Shown piece by piece: positions 55,988 to 63,770 of a stretch of 64,000 bases of DNA (positions are counted from its first letter, which is position 1; each line of letters begins with the position of its first letter). Origin of the DNA: Vicinamibacterales bacterium (GTDB taxonomy: Bacteria > Acidobacteriota > Vicinamibacteria > Vicinamibacterales > UBA8438); contig CBDBMV010000002.1 of the NCBI GenBank assembly GCA_965207665.1, positions 1,945,704 through 2,009,703 on the forward strand, written 5' to 3'. The position numbers and the translations under genes were made by a program. The notes under the pieces are model-generated. The model was not told the DNA's origin. It ran no database searches and saw only the letters and a program-made list of their open reading frames with translations.

Positions 55988-56278
55988 TTACGAGTGATAG
56001 TCGACGATCTCTACATCGGCAAACTCCTGCGGCTTGTCCTTGACGCACTTGAAACATATCCGCCAGCGGTCGTTGATCCGGATGCTGTATTGACCTTCTC
56101 GATCTCCCTTCAGAGCCTCCAGACGGTTGCCGCGCAACGCCGCCAGATCCTGGATGGACTCGGCCGCTTCCAGGCGGTCCAGCTTGAGTCGAGCAGCGCA
56201 CTTGATGCCGTCCAGGGCCTTCACGCGCTTGCCGGCCGCGAACTTCTCTGTTCTCTCGTCGCGGTAGCTGACGATCAC
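55988..56278 (-). CDS. higB: HigB-family toxin (RelE/ParE superfamily, plasmid-maintenance-system killer protein)
   Basis: MIVSYRDERTEKFAAGKRVK...AARLKLDRLEAAESIQDLAALRGNRLEALKGDREGQYSIRINDRWRICF...VEIVDYH. GTG start. Toxin-first gene order is typical of higBA. Confidence 0.9.
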   Translation of the reverse strand: MIVSYRDERTEKFAAGKRVKALDGIKCAARLKLDRLEAAESIQDLAALRGNRLEALKGDREGQYSIRINDRWRICFKCVKDKPQEFADVEIVDYHS

Positions 56279-56322
56279 GCGTCCGAGCCTGGCAGATAGT
56301 ACTCGTTACGTCAAGCGTAATT

Positions 56323-58209
56323 TCAGGGCGTGTACCAGATTGGGGAGCTCCAGGCCCGCTCCTTGATCACCGGCGGCACGTTGTCGGGCAGTTCGCCGCC
56401 GTTCTCCAGTGCGCGCCAGGTGGTCCAGCGGCAGGTTGGATTCTCGAGCACCCGCACGTAGTAGAACGCCCGCACCGACGGATCGAACTCGGGATCGGTC
56501 CAGGAGGCGCTCAGCTCCGCCGCGCCGGCGCCGCCCGTCGTGCTGCAGTCGGCCAGGTTCACCTGCGCGTCGTTGTCCGCGCAGCGGCGCGTCTCCGGGT
56601 CCGGCGGCTGACCGCTGTCGCACGCCACGTCGTACACCTGCTCGGCGGTGCCGCCATCGGGGTCGTCCCACCCCTTGACGACCTGCAGCTTCTGCAGGTG
56701 CGCGCTGTTCGCGTCGCGGGTCGCCCAGACCACGAATTGGGGCGCGCTGGCGCCGTCGCGCGCTGCCGGCAGGTCGCCGCCCATCGGCACGCCACTCCGG
56801 TAGCCCTCTTCGACCAGGTCCGGGCGGGTGTGGAGGTCGGCCGGCAGGTCCCAGCCGCCGAAGAAGCGGACCCGCATCCGGGGCCCGCTCGTCGCGAACG
56901 TCTCGCGCCGCCTGAGCGCGTCGAAGATGGAGTCGCGCGTGTTCTCTTCGGCCCAGACCGCCGCCAGTCCGCCCGGATTGTTCAGCGGCGTCCCGGGCGT
57001 CGTCGCGCCGATCTCGCCGAAGAAGTCGCCCTGCCAGGTTTCCTCCACGGCCGATCCCGACATGCTGCGGTGGTCGTCGGTGCTGCCGATGATGCCGTAC
57101 TTGAACGGGTTGATGCCGTGCTCGGCCTCGACCTCCAGGCCCGTCTTGAGCGCGTTGCGGACGAAGTTGGAGGCGACCGTGCAACTGGCGGCGCCGAGCT
57201 CCGGATCGGACGGCTGATTGTCCGGATCGCAGGGTTCGAAGACCTGCTCGAAGTTGCACTCCTCGTCCGAGGTGAGCAGCCCCGGCGCGCACTCCGAGTT
57301 CCCCTTGACCTGGTGGATCTCGATCAGCGGCTCCCGCCGGATCCGCCGCTCCAGGATCTCGGGCGTGAATGGCGTGCCGTCGGCGTTGTTGGGCGCCAGC
57401 ACGACGCCCATGCCGTAGTTGGTGTTGTGCGGAATGGCGATCACGTCGCAGTCGCCGGTGCATGCCTCGTCCATCCACTCCCAGAGCCGCTCCGGCGAGT
57501 GCCGCGTCGCGATCGACGCCCCGCCGCCCCACGGCGGGATGTCCTCGCCGCGAAAGAAGACGTTGCGGTGCAGCCAGCCGCCGGTCGCGGGGTCCGAGCC
57601 GGTGAACTCGAAGGCGGTGAAGGTGGTGAACACGCCCGGCTCGTAGTAGGCGTCGGCGACTTCCTGCACCATGGGCCACTGATGCGCGGCGCGCTGGTCG
57701 CAGCGGTTGTCCGGGCCCGGCTCCGTGCTGCCGCACAGCTCCAGGTCGCGCTGGTTTCGGTTCGCCGCGCCGTAGTGCCGCATGAACGCCGCGCCCCCAC
57801 CGGCGCGCACCTCCTCGCAGACCGGCAGCTCGTAGGTGTCCGCCTCCGGATCCTGGCAGAGCTGCACCTCGCCGAAGAAGTTGTCGTGGTCGGTCACCGC
57901 CATGAAGTCGAGCGGCGTGCGCAACTGCCCGCGCAGATTGCCGTCGGCGTCGGTTATCGGATCGCCCCGGCCGTAGCGGTACGCCACCGACGGGTCGTTC
58001 TGCATCGGGTGGCCGAACGTCCAGGCGTCGAGCGACCAGCTCGTGTGGACGTGCAGGTCGCCGAAGAATGCGTTGCGGAGGGGGTTGCCGGCGCCGCCGC
58101 CGGACTGCGCGGTTTCCTCGCTGCCCGCGCTTCCGCCGTCCTCATCCGGTGCGGGCGGACCCGCGCAGCCGACCAGCAAGGCGGCCAGTCCGATGAGGAG
58201 CGCACGCAT
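56323..58209 (-). CDS. DUF3604/PHP-like lipoprotein, array copy 9 (subtype B)
   Basis: ATG 58209 shares one nt with the upstream stop (TGATG). MRALLIGLAALLVGC lipobox. FFGDLHVHTSWSLDAWTFGHPMQNDPSVAYRYGRGDPITD, AIPHNTNYGMG, EIHQVKGNSEC, IIGSTDDHRSMSGS, ERAWSSPIWYTP. Confidence 0.7.
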   Translation of the reverse strand: MRALLIGLAALLVGCAGPPAPDEDGGSAGSEETAQSGGGAGNPLRNAFFGDLHVHTSWSLDAWTFGHPMQNDPSVAYRYGRGDPITDADGNLRGQLRTPLDFMAVTDHDNFFGEVQLCQDPEADTYELPVCEEVRAGGGAAFMRHYGAANRNQRDLELCGSTEPGPDNRCDQRAAHQWPMVQEVADAYYEPGVFTTFTAFEFTGSDPATGGWLHRNVFFRGEDIPPWGGGASIATRHSPERLWEWMDEACTGDCDVIAIPHNTNYGMGVVLAPNNADGTPFTPEILERRIRREPLIEIHQVKGNSECAPGLLTSDEECNFEQVFEPCDPDNQPSDPELGAASCTVASNFVRNALKTGLEVEAEHGINPFKYGIIGSTDDHRSMSGSAVEETWQGDFFGEIGATTPGTPLNNPGGLAAVWAEENTRDSIFDALRRRETFATSGPRMRVRFFGGWDLPADLHTRPDLVEEGYRSGVPMGGDLPAARDGASAPQFVVWATRDANSAHLQKLQVVKGWDDPDGGTAEQVYDVACDSGQPPDPETRRCADNDAQVNLADCSTTGGAGAAELSASWTDPEFDPSVRAFYYVRVLENPTCRWTTWRALENGGELPDNVPPVIKERAWSSPIWYTP

Positions 58210-59114
58210 CACGGACTGACGACGACGTTCACGTCCTGGTACGTCTGGAGGCCTCCGTCGTGAGCCTGGCAGCGCAGCACGTAGGTGCCGGGCTCGCTGA
58301 ACGTGGCCCGTACGACCCAGCGGTTGTCCGCCGGAATCGCCGGCGCTTCCCAGCCGGCCGACCAGGGCGATCCGCCGCCGTCGCGATGGTCTTCCCATAC
58401 CTTCGTCTGCGGCGGGTCGAACGTGACAGGCGCGGGGCCGCGGTAGCGGAACCACGACAGCCGCAGGCCCGTCGCGGCGATCGGCGACGAGCGGGAGCGG
58501 CCGACCCAGAACGACGGCAGGCCGCGGGGCATCGGCTTGCCGTCATCGGTGGCGACGGCTTGCAGTGCGACAGGCTCGCCCACGACCGCCGTCAGCCTGC
58601 GCTGCGTCTCGACTGTCAGCTCCGGCGCCACGTTGCCGACCGTGTCGGGGCTGAAGCCGCTCGGCCCACCGCCGCCGAAGTTGGCCATCAGAACGGTGTC
58701 GTCGACCGCGTATCCCTGCCGCAGCGTGCCGAATGCCTGCGCCGTAACGCCGTTGGCCGTCAGCGTCCAGACAATTTCTCCCTCGCCGAAGTCAGCCGGC
58801 ACCGGGACGCGGAACACGAACCGATTGCGCCGCGGCAGGAAGTGCGTGGGTTGTCCCAGATCCGGGCCGCCCGGCTCCATATGGTTGTCGGGGCCGACCT
58901 CGATCATGGGTTGCTCGACCCAGTTGCGGTTCAGGTAGCCGAAGATCAGGTCGTATGACCCGTCCGCCTTCTCGACGTATCCCTCGTAGACCGGCGTGAT
59001 GCTCTGGCCGTGCTCGCGGCCGGGCTGCGCGCCGGCCGCGACGGTGACAATGCCGGCCAGCATCGCCGCCGGCACCATGCCGGCGCGCAAGTGGCTGTAG
59101 ACGTTCATGCTCAT
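58209..59114 (-). CDS. Secreted protein of unknown function with an Ig-like C-terminus (cassette copy 2; paralog of 24371-25249)
   Basis: Signal-like N-terminus ...VTVAAGAQPG. PVYEGYVEKADGSYDLIFGYLNRN, VGPDNHMEPGGPDLGQPTHFLPRRNRFVFRVPVPADFG, IVWTLTANG. C-terminal PGTYVLRCQAHDGG...VNVVVSP. Confidence 0.65.
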   Translation of the reverse strand: MSMNVYSHLRAGMVPAAMLAGIVTVAAGAQPGREHGQSITPVYEGYVEKADGSYDLIFGYLNRNWVEQPMIEVGPDNHMEPGGPDLGQPTHFLPRRNRFVFRVPVPADFGEGEIVWTLTANGVTAQAFGTLRQGYAVDDTVLMANFGGGGPSGFSPDTVGNVAPELTVETQRRLTAVVGEPVALQAVATDDGKPMPRGLPSFWVGRSRSSPIAATGLRLSWFRYRGPAPVTFDPPQTKVWEDHRDGGGSPWSAGWEAPAIPADNRWVVRATFSEPGTYVLRCQAHDGGLQTYQDVNVVVSP

Positions 59115-59127
59115 GATCGCGCGCTTG

Positions 59128-60549
59128 CTATTGCTGATCGGCGGCCGGCCGCGCGGGCTGTCGGGGCAGTTCCTCGAAGCCGCACAGCGGGCAGCCGATC
59201 ACGGTGTCGCCCGCGGTGAGCTGCAGCCGCTCCCGGCGCGCGGCTATCTCCGCCTCGAACTCTTCGTCGCTCAGGATGAACGCCGGCGCGAGCACCAGCA
59301 GCATGTTGTCGACCGCCCGGTGGCCGAAGCCGGTCCAGTTGCGCGGGTCGATGACGTTCGGGTTGGCCGCCGTGCTGTCGAAGTAGCCGATGCCGTGCAG
59401 GATGGTGCCCTTGGGCAGCAGCGGCATGGCGTCCTCCTCGTAGCGGTAGTAGCGCAGCCAGTTGTGATCGTAGCCGGCGCAGTTGAGGGTCTCGACGCGC
59501 CCGCCCCAGATCGATTCCAGGCACATCCGCACGCCAGCGGCGTGCATGTGCGGCGCGTACATGGTCAGCTTCACGTTCTGCTGCAGCGTCTGGTAGAAGT
59601 GCCGCACCTGACCGTCCTGGTTCGGCAGCACGTCGATGTCGGCGGTGCCGAAGCCGATCCGTCCGATGCGCTTCGTCGGCTCGTAGCCCCGCGGATGGAA
59701 CTGGAAGGCGATCTCCAGGTGCGCGGTCGTGTCCTCGCCGTTGGAGTGCAGATGGACGTCGTCCCACTGCAGCCGGGAGTTGCCCGGCACGAAGCGCCCG
59801 GCCTCCGGGTCGAACGTGAAGCCGCGTGGGTTGTTGCGCAGGTCGTGAATGGTCGGCCAGTCGCCGTTGTCGAGCTGGTTGCCGTCCTCGTCGATCAGCG
59901 CGAAGAACGCGTGGTGGAATATGAACCGTCCGCCGATGGTGCGGGCGCTGTCGCCCACCTCCTTGACCTGCATCGTCTTGACGTAGCGGTCCTCGGTCAG
60001 GCCGGTCTCGACCGCCGGCAGCGCGCCCCACCAGTCGGGTTCGTCCGCTCCCCGCGAGGCCGACGGGCCGACGACGACCAGGTCGGGCTCGCCCATCTCC
60101 CACTCTCCGGGGCCGGCGAATTCGAGCGGCGGCGGCGAGTCGTCCGGATTGCCGCGCGGCGCACCGTTGTCGACCCAGCGTGCGATGGCCGTGATCTCCT
60201 CCTCGGTCAGCGACATGTCTTCCTTGATGGCCTGGATGCCGACGTCCCTCTCGAGGAACCAGGGCGGCATGGCGCCCATGCGGTTGCGCAGCGCGGTGCG
60301 GTTCTTGATGCTGCGCGCCCAGGGCCGCACTTCGTCGTAGGTGATCAACGACATCGGCGCGAGCGAGTTGGGCCGGTGGCAGCTCTGGCAACTGCGCTGC
60401 AGGATCGGGACGATGTCGCGCGTGAAGGTGACGTCGTCATTCCCGGTCGCCTGCCCTGCCGCCACCGCGGGCGCCGGCAGCAGCACGGTCGCCGCGGCGA
60501 TCCCCAGCGCGGCGAGGCCGCCGAATCGTAGTTGTGGACTTGATGTCAC
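59128..60549 (-). CDS. Exported cytochrome-c (CxxCH) domain protein fused to a putative copper type-II monooxygenase-like region (cassette copy 2)
   Basis: Signal peptide ...LLPAPAVAAGQ. FTRDIVPILQRSCQSCHRPNSLAPMSLITYDEVRPWARSIK...MPPWF. Then HH (IFHHAF) ... VHLH ... APHMHAAGVRMC ... YDHNW ... VDNML. Collinear with 25291-26673. Confidence 0.6.
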   Translation of the reverse strand: MTSSPQLRFGGLAALGIAAATVLLPAPAVAAGQATGNDDVTFTRDIVPILQRSCQSCHRPNSLAPMSLITYDEVRPWARSIKNRTALRNRMGAMPPWFLERDVGIQAIKEDMSLTEEEITAIARWVDNGAPRGNPDDSPPPLEFAGPGEWEMGEPDLVVVGPSASRGADEPDWWGALPAVETGLTEDRYVKTMQVKEVGDSARTIGGRFIFHHAFFALIDEDGNQLDNGDWPTIHDLRNNPRGFTFDPEAGRFVPGNSRLQWDDVHLHSNGEDTTAHLEIAFQFHPRGYEPTKRIGRIGFGTADIDVLPNQDGQVRHFYQTLQQNVKLTMYAPHMHAAGVRMCLESIWGGRVETLNCAGYDHNWLRYYRYEEDAMPLLPKGTILHGIGYFDSTAANPNVIDPRNWTGFGHRAVDNMLLVLAPAFILSDEEFEAEIAARRERLQLTAGDTVIGCPLCGFEELPRQPARPAADQQ

Positions 60550-60561
60550 GAACCTGTCCTC

Positions 60562-63500
60562 CTAGAAGTTGAGCTGGAACGCCACCTTGAACAGCCGGCC
60601 GGCCTGGAGTCCCGTGGGACGCAGGTAACCGGCGGCGAGACCATAGCGTTCCCGCCCGACGGCGTTGCCGTTGAACACATTGTAGATCTCCAGGAACGAA
60701 CCGATGTTGGCGCCCGCATCGCCCATGTTGATGATCTTGCCGACGCGCATGTCGAGCTGGGTGTGCCGGTCGCCGTACGCCTGACCCGGCTCGACCACGT
60801 TGACGGTGATGCTGGTCTCGGTCGGCGTGCGGCCGAGCGCCGCCGCCGCGACGGGCGTGGGCACCGCCATGACGGCCAGGCGCGGCGTGCCCTGCCGGGA
60901 GAAGAGCATGCCCGATACCTGGATGTCGTACGGGAATATGTACGAACCGTACACCGACCCCTGCGATATCCACGGCGTCGAGTTGTCGCAGTGCTCCAGC
61001 GCCACGACGCTCTGGCCGGAGCCGGCCCCGGCGTTGACGATCTCCGGCAGCGCCGTCTGCAGCGCGCAGCTGTCGTTCGTTTCCTTGCCTACGGCATAAC
61101 CGCCCTGCAGCAGGACGCCCTCGAAGTTGGCGGCGAAGTTGAAGTCCATGCCGTGCCAGCGGCGCAGCCGCCCGCCGAAGGAGTTGGCGTGCGTCGTGAT
61201 TTCGTCCGGCACCGCAACGTAGGCCGGGTTGAGATCGAGCAGCGTGACGTCGTAGCCGCCGCCTCCGGGCAGCCGCTCGTCCTGGGGCACCGTGATGGTG
61301 TAGCTGTCCCAGGCTTCCGCGGGGATGGCCTGGTCGTCCACCACGTCGAAATTGAAGTAGTGGCGCCGGAAGTACCCGATATCGATGGAAACTCCTTCGG
61401 TGAGCTCGTGCTGGATGCTGCCCGAGTACTCCCAGTTGCCGCTCTTCTTGCCCCAGCCGAAGGCCCAGTCCGGGTCGAGGAACACCGTCGGCTCGGTAGA
61501 GGCGAATCCGGGCGTGTTGTTGGGGCTGATGATCTCGCCGTTCGGCGCCGGATTCAGCGGATCGCCCTGCACGAGGCCGTCGCCGGCGATGCACTCCACC
61601 GGACCGATGCACGACGGCAGTCCGGGAATCCGAAACGGATTACCCCCGTCGAACCACGAGCGCGGCATCAGGGTGTTCTTGCCGGTCGGGTTGAGCTGAT
61701 TGACGAGAGCCAGATCCCGATGCTCGCCGTAGCGCGAGGCAGAGCCCTTGAGCGCAGTCCGTCCGTCTCCGCGCAGGTCGTACACCACGCCCATCCGCGG
61801 CTGCAGATCCTTCCAGCTCGCCACGGTCGCGCCCGGGAAGAAGCGCTCCACGGGCGCCCAGGTCATCGCCGGCGCGACCTGGTCGGGGTAGAACCCCTTG
61901 AAATAGTCGAACCGCAGGCCGGCGTTGATCGTCAGGCGGTCGATCGTCCACTGCTCCTGCGCGTATACGCCGACGTTGGTCAGATTCGCATCCCGGGGCG
62001 GCCGGGCCTGGAACCGCGCCTGGATCGGGTTGCCGCGGACGGTGATCATGTTCGTCCAGTTGTTGCTGCTGAAGTACGCGAACTGCTCGAACTTCTGGTT
62101 GATCTGGGTCCCGATCTTCAGGTTGTGGCTGCCCGTCACGAACGACATGGAGCCGCGGACGTTGGTGTTGGTCGTCGAGATGTGGAATTCGGTCCCCTGG
62201 AAGATGAACCCCATGTTGCGGGACATCGTCGACGTCGTCGCTTCGAATACGCCCGGCAGGTCGGGCCGCGCGTTGATGTCCTCCCGTCCCGTGCCGCGCA
62301 TCCGCTGCACCTCGGACGAGAGATCGGGCCAGCGGTTGCTGACCGGCTGCATGCCGACGCCGAACTCGAACAGGATGCGGTTGGTCTGCGGCCGGACCCA
62401 CGTGAGCTGGTAGGTGTTCACCCACGCCTCGTTCTCGCTGCCCGCCTCGGGGGCGATGTAGAGCGGGTCGAGGTCCGAGCCGGACAGCGCCGGCAGGATG
62501 TGCCGGCGGTTGCCCGGCAGGCTGGCGTATGCCTGCACCTTGTCCTTCGACGTCGCCTGCCACGTGAGGCGCAGGCTGCCTTCCGTGATGTCCTTGCGGG
62601 AGAACAGATGCCGGTCGAGATCAGGGACGTAGCGCAGGGAGCTGGTGTCGGTGTTGGCGAAGTAGTTGGCCGGATACAGGGATCCGCGGCGGTGGGAGTA
62701 CGTCGCGAAGAACCACAGCCGGTCCCGCGCGATCGGGCCGCCGATGGCGGGCGCGACCGTCCACGCCTGGTCCAGCTCGACGCCGCCCTCACGGCCGCCG
62801 GTAATGCCGCGGTCGATAAGGTCCTGGCTGACGTTGTTGGCCAGCCAGGCCGAGTGCGTGCCGTCCAGACGCAGGCTGCCGCTGAACGTGTTGGATCCCT
62901 CCTTGGGGATCATGTTCAGCCGCACGCCGCCCGTCTCGACCTCGGCCGAGTTGCCGGAGTAGTCGTAGACGAACTCCGCGATGCCGGTGTCGAACGGGGT
63001 GAAGTGCGGGGCCCCGTCGAACGACGGGCTGCTGATGTCCATCCCGTCGAAGTGGATCTCTGCGTCGTTCGGCTGCGAGCCGTGAATGGACATGCGGTTG
63101 CGGCCCTCGCCCGAGATGCCGGCCGTATCCGCCGACAGGCTGGTCGTGGAGCCGCCCGCGATGTTCATGGCCGGGATCAGCAGCGCCAGGCTGTCGTACT
63201 GGCGTGCTGTTGGCAGCGACTCGTAGATTTCGCTGTCGATCGCCGCGCTCTGCTCGATGCTCTGCACGTCGATGGCGGGGGTGGCCTCGGTGACCGTGAT
63301 CGTCTCGGCGAGCTGGCCGACCGCCATCTCGACGTCGATGTTTGCCGCAAACCCCGTGGTCAGCTCGATCCCCTCACGTACGAGTGTGCTGAATCCCGCC
63401 AGCGAGAACGTCACGGAGTAGGCGCCCGGCTCCAGCGCCACGATGCGGTACTGGCCGTTACCGTCGGTAACCGCCGTGCGCACCTGCTCGATCAGTGCCG

Positions 63501-63681
63501 GGCTGCGGGCTTCGACCGTAACGCCCGGCAGCACGCCGCCCGTCTCGTCCGAGACGGTGCCGCCGATCGTCTGCGCGCTCGCCGCGCCGGCGGCGAGGCA
63601 CAAAAAAACGGCGGCCAGGGCCGCCGTCGGAAGGATACGTTCACCGCGCGGGTACACCGAGGAACTCCATGACTCAGTCAT
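60562..63681 (-). CDS. TonB-dependent receptor with an N-terminal carboxypeptidase-regulatory-like domain (TBDR-2)
   Basis: ATG 63681 lies 7 nt after GGGAGGGA. Signal ...LAAGAASAQ. IGGTVSDETGGVLPGVTVEA...TDGNGQYRIVALEPGAYSVTFSLAGF. 1039 aa. The C-terminus ...FKVAFQLNF has a terminal Phe. Confidence 0.85.
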   Translation of the reverse strand: MTESWSSSVYPRGERILPTAALAAVFLCLAAGAASAQTIGGTVSDETGGVLPGVTVEARSPALIEQVRTAVTDGNGQYRIVALEPGAYSVTFSLAGFSTLVREGIELTTGFAANIDVEMAVGQLAETITVTEATPAIDVQSIEQSAAIDSEIYESLPTARQYDSLALLIPAMNIAGGSTTSLSADTAGISGEGRNRMSIHGSQPNDAEIHFDGMDISSPSFDGAPHFTPFDTGIAEFVYDYSGNSAEVETGGVRLNMIPKEGSNTFSGSLRLDGTHSAWLANNVSQDLIDRGITGGREGGVELDQAWTVAPAIGGPIARDRLWFFATYSHRRGSLYPANYFANTDTSSLRYVPDLDRHLFSRKDITEGSLRLTWQATSKDKVQAYASLPGNRRHILPALSGSDLDPLYIAPEAGSENEAWVNTYQLTWVRPQTNRILFEFGVGMQPVSNRWPDLSSEVQRMRGTGREDINARPDLPGVFEATTSTMSRNMGFIFQGTEFHISTTNTNVRGSMSFVTGSHNLKIGTQINQKFEQFAYFSSNNWTNMITVRGNPIQARFQARPPRDANLTNVGVYAQEQWTIDRLTINAGLRFDYFKGFYPDQVAPAMTWAPVERFFPGATVASWKDLQPRMGVVYDLRGDGRTALKGSASRYGEHRDLALVNQLNPTGKNTLMPRSWFDGGNPFRIPGLPSCIGPVECIAGDGLVQGDPLNPAPNGEIISPNNTPGFASTEPTVFLDPDWAFGWGKKSGNWEYSGSIQHELTEGVSIDIGYFRRHYFNFDVVDDQAIPAEAWDSYTITVPQDERLPGGGGYDVTLLDLNPAYVAVPDEITTHANSFGGRLRRWHGMDFNFAANFEGVLLQGGYAVGKETNDSCALQTALPEIVNAGAGSGQSVVALEHCDNSTPWISQGSVYGSYIFPYDIQVSGMLFSRQGTPRLAVMAVPTPVAAAALGRTPTETSITVNVVEPGQAYGDRHTQLDMRVGKIINMGDAGANIGSFLEIYNVFNGNAVGRERYGLAAGYLRPTGLQAGRLFKVAFQLNF

Positions 63682-63722
63682 TCAGATCCCTCCCGTGATT
63701 CACGACGCCGTGTGTAGTCGCC

Positions 63723-63750
63723 ATCTTACGCGATGGGAAGCGGTTTGCAA
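63723..63750 (-). promoter_or_regulatory. Candidate sigma70-type promoter for the TBDR-2 / DUF3604 super-operon (TTGCAA-N16-TAAGAT on the minus strand)
   Basis: Hexamers were read in the 89-nt divergent intergenic region 63682-63770. The palindrome TTTGCAAA overlaps the -35 element. Consensus match is partial and there is no experimental support. Confidence 0.25.
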
Positions 63751-63770
63751 ACGCTTTGTCGTCTGCAAGA

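Noticed and set aside
56306-56320. The TTACG-N5-CGTAA dyad upstream of higB as a confirmed operator or promoter.
   Set aside because: The arms are only 5 bp and no well-spaced -35/-10 pair was found in the 44-nt gap. It is mentioned in a finding but not listed as a feature.
55608-56322. The idea that HigBA is a functional component of the DUF3604 system.
   Set aside because: The sequence is a canonical stand-alone type II TA pair with deviating base composition. Insertion into the array is the simpler explanation. It is kept only as a marker or stabiliser hypothesis.
37960-58209. The regular ~2-kb periodicity of a conserved DNA block (TACCAGAT..GAGCTCCA) might have been a CRISPR-like or satellite repeat array.
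   Set aside because: The repeats are the conserved 3' ends of full-length protein-coding paralogs. The unit length (~2 kb) and continuous coding potential are incompatible with CRISPR repeats and spacers or non-coding satellites.
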